DNA from: an uncultured Clostridia bacterium
GTDB taxonomy: Bacteria; Bacillota; Clostridia; Christensenellales; UBA1242
Reading direction: 5' to 3'
DNA: 64,000 bases
Assembly: GCA_944349925.1 (NCBI GenBank)
Contig: CALVNT010000037.1
Span: 871-64,870 of the forward strand
Part shown: one piece after another, positions 43,915 to 53,784 of the stretch
How positions within the stretch are numbered: position 1 is the stretch's first letter
Layout of the letters: each line of letters opens with the position of its first letter
Position numbers and translations under genes: made by a program
Notes under the pieces: generated by a model
Seen by the model: the letters and a program-made list of their open reading frames with translations, nothing else
Databases searched by the model: none
Told to the model about the DNA's origin: nothing

Positions 43915-44592
43915 ATGTCTGAAACTGAATACAATAGAATGCCATTAATTGGCGATAAAGCTCCAGCTTTTAAAGCAACAACAACACAAGGAGAAATCAA
44001 TTTCCCTGCAGATTTTTCTGGTAAATGGGTAATATTATTTTCTCATCCTGCCGACTTTACACCTGTTTGCACAACTGAATTTATGACTTTTGGCTCTATG
44101 ATTGATGAATTTAAGGCATTAAACACTGAACTAGTTGGTTTGTCTGTAGATTCACTATATTCACACATAGCATGGCTTAGAAAAATTCAGGAACTTGAAT
44201 GGAATGGTAAGAAAAATGTAAATGTAACATTTCCTTTAATTGAAGATATAAAAATGGAAGTTGCAAAAGCATATGGCATGATTCAGCCTGGTCAATCAAC
44301 AACGCAAGCTGTTAGAGCGGTATTTATCATAGATCCAAAGGCGACCATAAGAACTATTTTATACTATCCGCTTTCAACTGGCAGAAACTTTGACGAAATA
44401 AAAAGAATCATACAAGCACTTCAAAAAGCTGATAAAGATAGCGTTGCCACACCAGCTGATTGGAGACCGGGAGATGATGTTATTGTTCCAACAGCCGGAA
44501 GCTGTGGCGTTGCAAAAGAGCGAATGGAAACACAAAATGATGACCAGTATTGTTTAGATTGGTTTATGTGCTTTAAAAGAGAAAAAAAATAA
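43915..44592 (+). CDS. peroxiredoxin (AhpC/TSA family, Prx6-like)
   Basis: FSHPADFTPVCTTE active site. AAGGAGGAAG SD and a TTGACA-16-TATACT promoter at 43854-43881. Confidence 0.88.
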   Translation: MSETEYNRMPLIGDKAPAFKATTTQGEINFPADFSGKWVILFSHPADFTPVCTTEFMTFGSMIDEFKALNTELVGLSVDSLYSHIAWLRKIQELEWNGKKNVNVTFPLIEDIKMEVAKAYGMIQPGQSTTQAVRAVFIIDPKATIRTILYYPLSTGRNFDEIKRIIQALQKADKDSVATPADWRPGDDVIVPTAGSCGVAKERMETQNDDQYCLDWFMCFKREKK

Positions 44593-44603
44593 ATTTGCAA
44601 TAT

Positions 44604-44645
44604 AAAAAAATACGCATTATCAATTTTTAAATGCGTATTTTTTTA
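44604..44645 (+). terminator. rho-independent terminator
   Basis: ATACGCAT-13 nt-ATGCGTAT hairpin followed by a T-run. Confidence 0.6.
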
Positions 44646-44761
44646 TGCTTAGTTAAACAATTTTACAAATAAAATTAATTGCAAATTTTATTTGAACCTA
44701 AAAACAAGTTGAATATGAAAAAACTATTTTTTTGTAAATAAAATGATATTTCTTTATAATG

Positions 44762-45346
44762 TTATCCTTTTGCAACATACCATTCGTCCGGCAATTGCTC
44801 TCCCCATTGTGTTTTCCAGCCTTCTTCGTTTGCTTCAACTAGTTCGGCAGTAAAACTTAGATTTATTTCGTCTCCACTATTTATATTTTTAAAAGTATCC
44901 GAAATCACAATTTTATTTATAACAACAACATATTGCCCCATATTTATTTGCGCTGAAGTATCTTTATTGCAAAAATAATAATATCCATCTTGTCCTAATA
45001 CCCAATTCGGATCAATTTCAATAGATATCAAGTCTGTTTCTTCGCCGTTTAATAATAAAATAGGCTTAAATCTTGCATATGATGAGATTCCTTCATTTTT
45101 TAAATAAAGTCCTCCATCTAAGTTTATGCTTTCACCAGGTGCAACATAATTTGGAAATTGTATTTCCGATATCTCAACAAAGTTTCCATTTGTCCAAATT
45201 CCATTTACAGCTTCTATTTTGATTGTGTTATTTAAAGTGATAGATTGATTTCTTGCTGCCCACACGAAGATTGGACAAAAGATGCCAAGCATAGCTAAAG
45301 CAAATATAATAATAAATATTTTTAAAATCAATCTACCTTTTGTCAT
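44762..45346 (-). CDS. TasA/camelysin-like secreted protein (SipW-type signal peptide)
   Basis: The N-terminus MTKGRLILKIFIIIFALAMLGIFCPIFVWAARNQSITLNNT resembles the ..TWAAFND.. SipW-dependent signal. Confidence 0.5.
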   Translation of the reverse strand: MTKGRLILKIFIIIFALAMLGIFCPIFVWAARNQSITLNNTIKIEAVNGIWTNGNFVEISEIQFPNYVAPGESINLDGGLYLKNEGISSYARFKPILLLNGEETDLISIEIDPNWVLGQDGYYYFCNKDTSAQINMGQYVVVINKIVISDTFKNINSGDEINLSFTAELVEANEEGWKTQWGEQLPDEWYVAKG

Positions 45347-45347
45347 T

Positions 45348-45938
45348 TTAGCCTCTTAAACTTTTTATTTTATCTAGCCACTGTTGTGGTGCATTGTCTT
45401 TCCAAGGGTGATTGTCATAATCTATTGATGACATTTGTAAAACATCTACTTCCACTATAAAATCCATACTATAGTTTGAATATTCTTCGCTTTGTGATGT
45501 TTTACAAGTTATTGAAGAAAGAAACGGTAATACAGATATATCTTTTATTGAGCTATCAAAATAAAAGCATAAATCAAATCCATCGCTTGTCCATGTGCTA
45601 TATGTACTATCCAAATTATATTGAATGTTGTTTGCAACTGCAACTTGTCTATCATACTGATCAAAATATCTTGTAACTATTTTCACGCGCAAAACTGCAT
45701 CTACATTGCAACTAAGATTGATTGATATTGGACATTCGATCGTTTGTCCTGCTTCAAAATCAATTTTTTGCGAAGAAGTAAAATTATCTACAGACAAAAC
45801 TTTTACTTGTCCTATTTGTGTATTTATGTTTGCCTCTTTACTATTAAATAAATAAGCATAAACAATAGGAGTAACAGGCACTGCGATAATAAGAAAAATT
45901 GAGAAACAAATCAATAAAATTTTTTTAAATTTTTTCAC
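45348..45938 (-). CDS. TasA/camelysin-like secreted protein (SipW-type signal peptide)
   Basis: ..PIVYAYLFNSKEANINTQIG resembles the TYAYF[ST]D...N.F..G signal class. Confidence 0.55.
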   Translation of the reverse strand: MKKFKKILLICFSIFLIIAVPVTPIVYAYLFNSKEANINTQIGQVKVLSVDNFTSSQKIDFEAGQTIECPISINLSCNVDAVLRVKIVTRYFDQYDRQVAVANNIQYNLDSTYSTWTSDGFDLCFYFDSSIKDISVLPFLSSITCKTSQSEEYSNYSMDFIVEVDVLQMSSIDYDNHPWKDNAPQQWLDKIKSLRG

Positions 45939-48900
45939 GCCTGCCCTCCTTCAAAAAATATAACACTTGTAATTATAGGATCCCAATTATTGTATCCCTT
46001 AGGGTTAAAAGAAATTCTTAACTCGCTATAGTATCCTACAGGAACAATGCCACTTATATAGGTTTGATACCAGAATGGAGAACTTTCATCTCTTTCAGGG
46101 TCAAGGGTTTGAGTTATACTTAAATTATCAATTACTTCCCATGTATTTTCTTTTGTTAATCCTTCAATGACAATTGGCATATTTAACGGATTGTAATTTA
46201 TATCTGTATATAAGAAGAAGTCTGTGTAATTATACAAAATAATTCCAAATCTATTAGATATCATATCATAAGCGATATATGAAAGATCAAAATCGTTTTG
46301 GTTTTGGATAATTCCACTAGTATCTACTTCTCCAAAATAATCAGTATAATTTTTGAAATATTGATAATTATCACTTGATGAATCTATAGTATAAAAAGAT
46401 AATCTATCTTGCGTAAACGAACTATGTTTCATCTTTGAACTGTCAACTAAATCATCATTAAAGATTATTTTATCTTTATATAAGTCCCAATCTAGTCCCT
46501 CGCTATCTTTGTAAGTCATGTTAAACACTATTTTAGGTGTTGTAGAAAAATAATCAATGCCACTACTAAGCGATTTAAAATACCAAAACGCCTTTGTAAA
46601 AGTACCATCGGGTCTAATAAGCCACAATCCTTGCATATCCTCATTGCGAGGTCTTTCATGTAAAGGTTGCAAATTTTCATCATAATTTAGGTTGACATTG
46701 CTATATACTTCCCAATAAATAAGTTTATAAACTCCCCACTCAATAGCGCTTTCAGTTTCGTGCTGAATTTTCGCAAAATAATTTTCGTCTGTATTTTCAT
46801 CATAACCGAATTCTGTAACCATTACATTTTTTTTGCCGGCGAAGTCTGGATTAAGTGGATAATTGTCTGGATCTGTATAACAAAGATTTGTTTGCGCCGC
46901 ATTATAAATTTCGTTTAGCACATCTTCCAATGGAAATAGATAATTTCCTTCTTCATCTTGTAGGTATGTGTACCAATCGGATAGGCTATATAAATCACAA
47001 TATGTGTAAGGAATAGCCACATCGACCAATCTCCATCGATTTGGCACACTAGGAATATCTGAGCCAACATGACAAACTTCAAAATTTCCATAGACTTTTG
47101 AACTGCTTTGTTCTACCCTTGACCTTCCTTCTATAATACCATCTTGTCTTGCATTAATGTATCCGACATAAGCATCTGTAAGTAGTTGTCTTTCTTGATC
47201 GTTTTGACATAAGTCGAAAATTGGTCCGTAAGCATTATCCCCTTCCCAATTTGATAAAATAAATATTTTTTCATCATCTTTATACTCAGTCAGCAAATAC
47301 TCAGTTAAATTTGCAAATTCTTCTCTTACATACTGATAATATATCTCTAAGTCTTCCAAACTATAATTGTCCGTAATCACTTTCTCCCATGGACAATAAA
47401 CAAATTCATATGCAATTAAAACATAGGTCTTTATTTGTGGCAAAGACAAAACGGTTTTTACAATATCAGTTTTTGCTAGATCAGTCATGCTGTTGATTGA
47501 TTTGTTGCCCCAATCAGAATTGAAAGGATACATTGACGCATAATTGTTTGCTAAAGCAAATTTATAAACTGTAGAGTCCATATCATTGGCAACAAAATAT
47601 GCACCCTCTAATAAGTAATTTAATTCAGTAAAATTATAAAGTCCACCCCAGTTTGTTGCTCCAAGCACATCTTTTATTTGATAGCCATAAGGAGATTGTG
47701 GTATTTGTGAAGAAGACAACTGTTCAAATTCAAGATTTGAAACGACGTTATTTGTCCCGACATAAACATTTTCTCCATCAACATTTACCACAGGATCCAC
47801 ATTATATGTTTGTTCTATTGAAGTTTCCGAAAAATTTGAAGAATTGTCATACAATAAATAATCATTTGTATTTTCGACCACAAAATCAAGTTGAACATTT
47901 TCTGCATAAAGGTCAACGACAAAAGATTTTTCGTTTATCAAAAAGCCGTTATAATATATTTTTACATCATAATATGTAGGCACAACATAAGTAAACATGT
48001 ACGAGCCTTCCTCTGGCAGACTTATTGATACATTTGAGTTGTTGTAAAGAGCACTGCTTATCAAAAGGCCACTCGGCGAGCGCATTGAATAAAATAAGGC
48101 AAAAGACAAATCAGTTTTATATTGATCGTTTTGAATAAACTCTACGCTTATCGACATATCGCAAGCAAAAATTTTTTCATAATGTGCGTATAAGATCAAT
48201 CTTGGAACGGTAATATTTTCAAAATTAGTCTGTTTATTTCCATCAACTTGCGAGTCAAACCAGCCTAAAAAGTTATAGTTTTCAACCTCATAATCGGCAG
48301 GAGGAGTAACAGAAGACCCTAGAGAAATTTCTTCATCAAACAGAATTTGTCCATTTAATCCTATAAACGCAACATAACTTTTATCGTTAGGAATAAAGTA
48401 ACAATACAAATCAGTATCTTGTGCAGGCATGATAAAATCAATATTTTCTTCAACAAAGTCTGCATTGTCTTTTGATATATCATCAATTTTCCAATAAGCA
48501 AAATGATAATCGGCACTTACTTGCTCAAAAGATATAGAAACTTGCTCTCCCGCGTAATAGTTTCCACTACCTATTAAAGTTGCTGTCCCTTCTGGATAGC
48601 TATAGACATTTAAAGCATATTGCTTTTGCACAAAATCTACATAAATAATGACATTTTCTCTTGGCATTGTATAACTCAATGTTTCTGTTTGAGATAAAAT
48701 CTGTCCATTTTCAAGGAAAAATTTGTCTATTTGATAGCCGGGATTTGCTATCGCCGTTAATGTCACTTGCTCCCCTACGGTAAAGTAATCACCTGTTCCC
48801 GTTACATAGCCATAATCAAGATTGTTTACAACAACTTTTAAAAAATATGTCTCTTCCATAAATATCGCAATTAAAGAAACATCGTTGTCTGGCATAGAAA

Positions 48901-50386
48901 AAACATAAGATAAATCATTGCTAACAGTTGAATCATTAAATGCATTTTTCCACTCAACAAATCTATATCCTAAATTTACAGAGGAAACTAGCGCCTCAAT
49001 GCTTGTGCCATAAGCGACATCTTCATCTTTTAGCACAACTTCACCAGCCAAATTATTAGATGTGGCAATTGTAAGGTGGTGTATGTTTGCATCATAGACA
49101 ACATATAAATTCATGTTGGAGCAAATGTTTGTAATTGGTGACGAATATCTATTACCAGCACCATTTGGCTCGGTTGAAAATTGTCCATTATATGTATAAC
49201 CTGTTTTAGATGGTATAGATAAGTCGTTAAAATTTACCGAGTACTGAGGATATCTCAAATTTATTGATTTATACAGTGTTGAGCCTGTTTCATCATAAAA
49301 GTTAATCTGAAAATTTTCATAAAAAACTCTTAGTTGTGGATATCCTTGATTATAAAACTCGCTATTACTATCCGAAACGAATCCCCATGTTCTAGGAAAT
49401 GCGTTTACAGTGTTCCATTCCCAAGAAGACAAAGGGGCGCTTGCTGAATTTTTTAGAGTTTCGCTAGAAACAACACTGCAATTTTCCGTCGTTGCGCCCA
49501 CCTCATTTCTTGAAGGATGCTGGTTGTAAAAATCATTTTTTGTTGTATCATTGTCAGTACAAGTATTTATCAGTACTGCACAATTTCTAATAGTTCCGCC
49601 TTTAGGATAAGCTGCAATTCCTGCTACTTTCCAATAACCGCCATAAACATGAAGCGTGCCAATGCTATAACAGTTTTCTATTATTCCGCTGTCTATTTGC
49701 TGACAAATACCACCTGCGTGCGTATCACCTGTTGAAAAATAATAATTATCAACATTTATATTTAAATTTACATAGCAGTTTGATACTCTTCCTTCTGCTA
49801 TCCATTTTATAACGCCGCCTATTTTCCCACCATTAGTACCGCCAGAAATACTAATGTCAATCGTTCCGCTGGCAAAACAGTTCTCGACAATACCATGACT
49901 ATCATTTGCTAATACTGCTATGTTATAGTTATTTCTGCCACTTCTACTTATATTAACATTTGTAAAACCTAAATTTTTTATAACCGAAGAAGAATTTAAA
50001 ATATCAAAGAAACTAAATCTATTTCTTGTGGTGTTTTTTAGTCCATTTATAACATAGCCTTGTCCATCATAAACGCCACTAAAAGTATCAATCGGCACCC
50101 ATTCATCAGCAGATATATCAATGTTTGTCGTTTGAATATAGTAAGCTGATTGAAAATTGCCAGCATTGTTGTTGCACTGCAAAGCCATATAAGCCAACTT
50201 TTGCGCGCTATCAATAACATACGGATTGTTTTCTGTTCCATCACCCTCAGTTATTGCGACGGTATTTGAGGTCCAGTCTGCCAAAGTTTGCAATTCAATT
50301 TTATTGTTTGGGAAAACGAACATGGCAAAGAAAAAAGCAAATATAACTGAAACTGTAATTATGCTATAATAGATTTTCTTTACCAT
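45935..50386 (-). CDS. giant surface protein: N-terminal anchor, GLUG-type region, InlB-B/Listeria-Bacteroides-type repeats, C-terminal glycoside-hydrolase-like region
   Basis: NPYVIDSAQKL...WVPIDTFSGVYDGQGYVINGL (GLUG-region pattern). Repeated ..GY.F..W.. beta-repeat modules. C-terminal SNWEGDN and VMVTEFGYD. No LPXTG. Confidence 0.6.
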   Translation of the reverse strand: MVKKIYYSIITVSVIFAFFFAMFVFPNNKIELQTLADWTSNTVAITEGDGTENNPYVIDSAQKLAYMALQCNNNAGNFQSAYYIQTTNIDISADEWVPIDTFSGVYDGQGYVINGLKNTTRNRFSFFDILNSSSVIKNLGFTNVNISRSGRNNYNIAVLANDSHGIVENCFASGTIDISISGGTNGGKIGGVIKWIAEGRVSNCYVNLNINVDNYYFSTGDTHAGGICQQIDSGIIENCYSIGTLHVYGGYWKVAGIAAYPKGGTIRNCAVLINTCTDNDTTKNDFYNQHPSRNEVGATTENCSVVSSETLKNSASAPLSSWEWNTVNAFPRTWGFVSDSNSEFYNQGYPQLRVFYENFQINFYDETGSTLYKSINLRYPQYSVNFNDLSIPSKTGYTYNGQFSTEPNGAGNRYSSPITNICSNMNLYVVYDANIHHLTIATSNNLAGEVVLKDEDVAYGTSIEALVSSVNLGYRFVEWKNAFNDSTVSNDLSYVFSMPDNDVSLIAIFMEETYFLKVVVNNLDYGYVTGTGDYFTVGEQVTLTAIANPGYQIDKFFLENGQILSQTETLSYTMPRENVIIYVDFVQKQYALNVYSYPEGTATLIGSGNYYAGEQVSISFEQVSADYHFAYWKIDDISKDNADFVEENIDFIMPAQDTDLYCYFIPNDKSYVAFIGLNGQILFDEEISLGSSVTPPADYEVENYNFLGWFDSQVDGNKQTNFENITVPRLILYAHYEKIFACDMSISVEFIQNDQYKTDLSFALFYSMRSPSGLLISSALYNNSNVSISLPEEGSYMFTYVVPTYYDVKIYYNGFLINEKSFVVDLYAENVQLDFVVENTNDYLLYDNSSNFSETSIEQTYNVDPVVNVDGENVYVGTNNVVSNLEFEQLSSSQIPQSPYGYQIKDVLGATNWGGLYNFTELNYLLEGAYFVANDMDSTVYKFALANNYASMYPFNSDWGNKSINSMTDLAKTDIVKTVLSLPQIKTYVLIAYEFVYCPWEKVITDNYSLEDLEIYYQYVREEFANLTEYLLTEYKDDEKIFILSNWEGDNAYGPIFDLCQNDQERQLLTDAYVGYINARQDGIIEGRSRVEQSSSKVYGNFEVCHVGSDIPSVPNRWRLVDVAIPYTYCDLYSLSDWYTYLQDEEGNYLFPLEDVLNEIYNAAQTNLCYTDPDNYPLNPDFAGKKNVMVTEFGYDENTDENYFAKIQHETESAIEWGVYKLIYWEVYSNVNLNYDENLQPLHERPRNEDMQGLWLIRPDGTFTKAFWYFKSLSSGIDYFSTTPKIVFNMTYKDSEGLDWDLYKDKIIFNDDLVDSSKMKHSSFTQDRLSFYTIDSSSDNYQYFKNYTDYFGEVDTSGIIQNQNDFDLSYIAYDMISNRFGIILYNYTDFFLYTDINYNPLNMPIVIEGLTKENTWEVIDNLSITQTLDPERDESSPFWYQTYISGIVPVGYYSELRISFNPKGYNNWDPIITSVIFFEGGQA

Positions 50387-50547
50387 GCTTCCTCCTTTCT
50401 TATTATTTGTTTCAATTCATTATTTATATAATGTTTATCTAAAAATTTTCAATACGCGTTGACTTATTGAATTGTTTCAAGAATATTTTTTGAAAAAACG
50501 CAAAAAATAAGAAACAAATCGCGAAAAGATTGAAAAAAGGAGAAAAA

Positions 50548-51171
50548 ATGGAAAGAACAAAATCAACGAAAATCAAAATTATTTCACTTGTAGCAAGTTT
50601 ACTTATATGTTTTGCCTTAATAGGCGTTGGTGTGTGGGCTGCAGTTTCTCAGAAATTGACTATTGACAACAACATTACAATTACAACTAGCGGACAAACA
50701 AAGGTTGCTGTTACAGTGTCTGAATATATAAACGCAAGCACAGACGCCGTATCTGCTGCTCCTCAAGACGAAATCTCTTCATCTTGGACAGAAAAAGTTA
50801 CTAAAGATGCAGAAACAGATACCGCTACTGGTAGCGTTTCCCCTATTAACTTTAATCTTACAGAAGGCAAAAATTATTATGCATATAAATTTGAGTTTAC
50901 AAACTCATCTGACAATATGGCTTATGCTCATATTTCAGCTTCCGCTGTAAATAACGAACAAATTACTATTTATTATGGTGAGACATGGGGAGCAACAATG
51001 CAAGCTCTTGGAAACAATGTTGCTTTAGACCAAGATGTTGACTTAGCGGCAACAGATGGCACAGGCGAATTCTACATTGTAGTTGCATCAAAAGCTCCAC
51101 TTGAAGAATTAAAAGCAGTTGAAGGACCTATCGAATTCAACATTACAGTGACATTAGACCAACTCGCATAA
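50548..51171 (+). CDS. TasA/camelysin-like secreted protein
   Basis: Start at ATG after AAGGAG. Signal ..LICFALIGVGVWAAVSQKLTIDNNITITTSG. Confidence 0.55.
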   Translation: MERTKSTKIKIISLVASLLICFALIGVGVWAAVSQKLTIDNNITITTSGQTKVAVTVSEYINASTDAVSAAPQDEISSSWTEKVTKDAETDTATGSVSPINFNLTEGKNYYAYKFEFTNSSDNMAYAHISASAVNNEQITIYYGETWGATMQALGNNVALDQDVDLAATDGTGEFYIVVASKAPLEELKAVEGPIEFNITVTLDQLA

Positions 51172-51246
51172 TTAAATTAAAAGGATTGACATAGGCCTTT
51201 TTATGATTATTTTTATTGTTTGATTATGAAAAACATTTTTTAAATT

Positions 51247-51894
51247 ATGGAACAATTATCGAGAAAAGAAAAAATTTTCAATATGCTAAATATTGTTTTT
51301 AACGCTATTTTTATTCCGTTAATAATTTTTGCCTCTATTTTTACATTGTCAATTGTTGTAAGTAAAATAAAAACGGGAGTACCTTCCGTATTTGGTTATA
51401 CCCAAATTCAAATATTATCTGGCTCTATGCAGGACGCAGGTTTTCATATTGGCGATCAATGTTTTGTAAAATCTCAAGACGCAAACACACTTAAAGAAGG
51501 TGATTATATTGCTTTTTTTTATTTTGCAGATCCGAAATGTTCTTCACCCGAAAATGTAACTGAAACTAGCACTCCACTAGCTAAGGCAGATTCGGCAAAA
51601 ATTGTTTTTCACCAAATCATACAAATTGAAACTGATGTCAATGGCAATAAATGGTTTACGACTCAAGGGACAAATAATGAGGCCCCGGACGATTTGAAAA
51701 TATATCAAAATTATGTAATTGGAAAGTATGTAGAAGAAGAAAACTTTTGGACAAGTTTTATATCTTTTATTACTTCCCCATATGGCATGCTATGCCTAGT
51801 TATTATTCCTTGTTCTTTAATAATCGCAGTTGATATTTATCAACTGATTGTAGTTTGTTACGAATACAGAAAAGAGACATCAAAAAAAGTTTAA
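51247..51894 (+). CDS. sipW: signal peptidase I, SipW (ER/archaeal) type
   Basis: ILSGSMQDAGFHIGD (SGSM catalytic Ser box), TQGTNNEAPDD (GDNN-like box) and a C-terminal TM helix. Start codon uncertain. Confidence 0.7.
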   Translation: MEQLSRKEKIFNMLNIVFNAIFIPLIIFASIFTLSIVVSKIKTGVPSVFGYTQIQILSGSMQDAGFHIGDQCFVKSQDANTLKEGDYIAFFYFADPKCSSPENVTETSTPLAKADSAKIVFHQIIQIETDVNGNKWFTTQGTNNEAPDDLKIYQNYVIGKYVEEENFWTSFISFITSPYGMLCLVIIPCSLIIAVDIYQLIVVCYEYRKETSKKV

Positions 51895-52004
51895 TATGTT
51901 TCTTAATTTGTAATAAATTAAATCTTGACATTTTAAAATCTTGTTTTATAATATCTTTATAAAAGTTCATAAATATTTTGTTTATGATTAAATAGAGGTT
52001 TATA

Positions 52005-52628
52005 ATGAAAAAGAAAAAAATGTTAGTAATTGTAGATATGATAAATGGCTTTATAAAAGAGGGCAATTTAGCGGACAATAATATTACGAGGATAATACCA
52101 GCTGTTATAAAAAAAATTGAACAGGCAATAAGAAACAATTATTTAATTGTTGCTTTTAGAGATTGCCACAAAAAAAATGATATTGAATTCAAATCTTATC
52201 CTGCTCATTGCATTAAAGGCTCAAGCGAATGCGAACTTATTGACGAATTAAAGCCATATCAAGAACACATGGTTGTCATTGATAAAAACACAACCAATGG
52301 ATTTAACACTGACCTTATGCCAATTCTATTGTCCTATTTTGCATATGACGAGGTAGAAGTTGTTGGTTGCTGTAGCGACATTTGTGTTAAAGACTTTACT
52401 AATAGTTTAGTCAAGTTTAGATTTGAAAATAGGCCAAATTTTAAAATTGTTGTTGACGAAAAATGCATTGACACCTTTAACACACCTACTCACAACGCAG
52501 ACATTGTCAACTCTTTAACTATTAACTATTTTGAAAGTTTAGGAGTGAATGTTATAAGAAAAGAGGGCTCAAATTTTTCAGCTTCAAATAATTCAACATT
52601 AGATAATGACGAAGAAAATAATAAATAA
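52005..52628 (+). CDS. isochorismatase-family cysteine hydrolase, nicotinamidase (PncA)-like
   Basis: VIVDMINGF (Asp), YPAHCIKGSSE, IDKNTTNGF (Lys) and VVGCCSDICV (Cys). Confidence 0.7.
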   Translation: MKKKKMLVIVDMINGFIKEGNLADNNITRIIPAVIKKIEQAIRNNYLIVAFRDCHKKNDIEFKSYPAHCIKGSSECELIDELKPYQEHMVVIDKNTTNGFNTDLMPILLSYFAYDEVEVVGCCSDICVKDFTNSLVKFRFENRPNFKIVVDEKCIDTFNTPTHNADIVNSLTINYFESLGVNVIRKEGSNFSASNNSTLDNDEENNK

Positions 52629-52642
52629 ATTTTTACAAATAT

Positions 52643-52675
52643 AAAAACTTGACTTTAAAACAGTCAAGTTTTTTT
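52643..52675. terminator. bidirectional terminator overlapping the YitT-family stop codon
   Basis: AAAACTTGACT-7 nt-AGTCAAGTTTT hairpin followed by a T-run. Confidence 0.65.
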
Positions 52676-53686
52676 GTTAGATATTCTAAATTTAATATTT
52701 TTTCTATTTCTTTTAAATGTATTTAAACTTAATTTGTTTTTTGTTTTTATAAAAGATTGTGCTTTTAATATTTTATTTTTAAATATACTTTGTTCTTTTA
52801 AAAAATTGCCATCACCATATGTTTCGGAAACAATATTAGAAAACACAAATGCGTTTGGTTCTATTTTTTGAACTATAGCACGCAAATCTTCATTTTGAAC
52901 ATCTGGGATAAGTGTAAGCAATATTGACTTTCCTTTTTTAGAAAACATACCTTCTCCGTCAATTCTTGTTACTCCTCTATGGTATTCATTTAAAAGAGCA
53001 TTTGCAATTTCTTCGTCTTTTTCACAGATTATATAATATGCTCGAACTCTTTTTATTTTGTCCAATATAAAATCTGTCCCAATTGAAGATATTACTGAAA
53101 CAATAATTGCATAAAGAGCGGTGCTCAACCCACTTGTTATAACAGTTAATAATATAACGAAAATATTTATAAATAATATGCAAATGCCTCTTTTAACTTT
53201 CGGGAAAAATTTGTTTAAAATTACAGCAAGCACATCGCTTCCGCCAGTAGAGCCCCCATATCTATATGCAAGGCCTACTCCAAAACCATACAATGCTCCC
53301 CCAACAATAGAATATAATAAAATATCATGAGCTTGACTTGTTATGGCAGGTATTGCCAAAAATTCCATTGACAAGGTGTAAGCCCCAAGCCCGACAAGCG
53401 TAAGCAATATAAACTTATATCCAAACATTTTTATAGCAAATATAAATAGTGCTACATTGATTATCAAATAAATCAAAGATGTTGCAAAAATTATCCCGCC
53501 ACTTTCAAGTAAATTATGAATTATTTGTGCAAGACCACTAAGACCTGTTGGAATAATTCCGGCAGGTTGAAAAAAAGAGCAGAATGCAAATCCTCCAATT
53601 ATTCCAGCAATAGCAACCATTATAATTTGCCAAACAAAACGCAAGTTTTTATCTTTTTTTAATTTTTTTGTATCTAGAGTTCTCAT
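52664..53686 (-). CDS. YitT-family membrane protein (DUF2179 C-terminal domain)
   Basis: Polytopic N-terminus with GIIPTGLSGLAQI and a soluble C-terminal domain. Confidence 0.7.
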   Translation of the reverse strand: MRTLDTKKLKKDKNLRFVWQIIMVAIAGIIGGFAFCSFFQPAGIIPTGLSGLAQIIHNLLESGGIIFATSLIYLIINVALFIFAIKMFGYKFILLTLVGLGAYTLSMEFLAIPAITSQAHDILLYSIVGGALYGFGVGLAYRYGGSTGGSDVLAVILNKFFPKVKRGICILFINIFVILLTVITSGLSTALYAIIVSVISSIGTDFILDKIKRVRAYYIICEKDEEIANALLNEYHRGVTRIDGEGMFSKKGKSILLTLIPDVQNEDLRAIVQKIEPNAFVFSNIVSETYGDGNFLKEQSIFKNKILKAQSFIKTKNKLSLNTFKRNRKNIKFRISNKKT

Positions 53687-53784
53687 GATTTAAAGTTTAT
53701 CATATTTTTCAGTTTTTTAAAAATAAAATATCACTTATTGTTTAAATTTTGACTTTAATCAACAAAAAAGTATATAATAAAATT
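53687..53784. promoter_or_regulatory. 98-bp divergent promoter region; both flanking genes look leaderless
   Basis: Plus strand: TTGACT(53749)-18-TATAAT(53773-53778)-N6-ATG(53785). Minus strand: TGaTAAACT-N7-ATG(53686). Neither side has an SD. Confidence 0.5.

Noticed and set aside
51803-52138. 111-aa minus-strand ORF
   Set aside because: It overlaps the sipW 3' end, the pncA-like promoter and the pncA-like 5' end, and has no SD.
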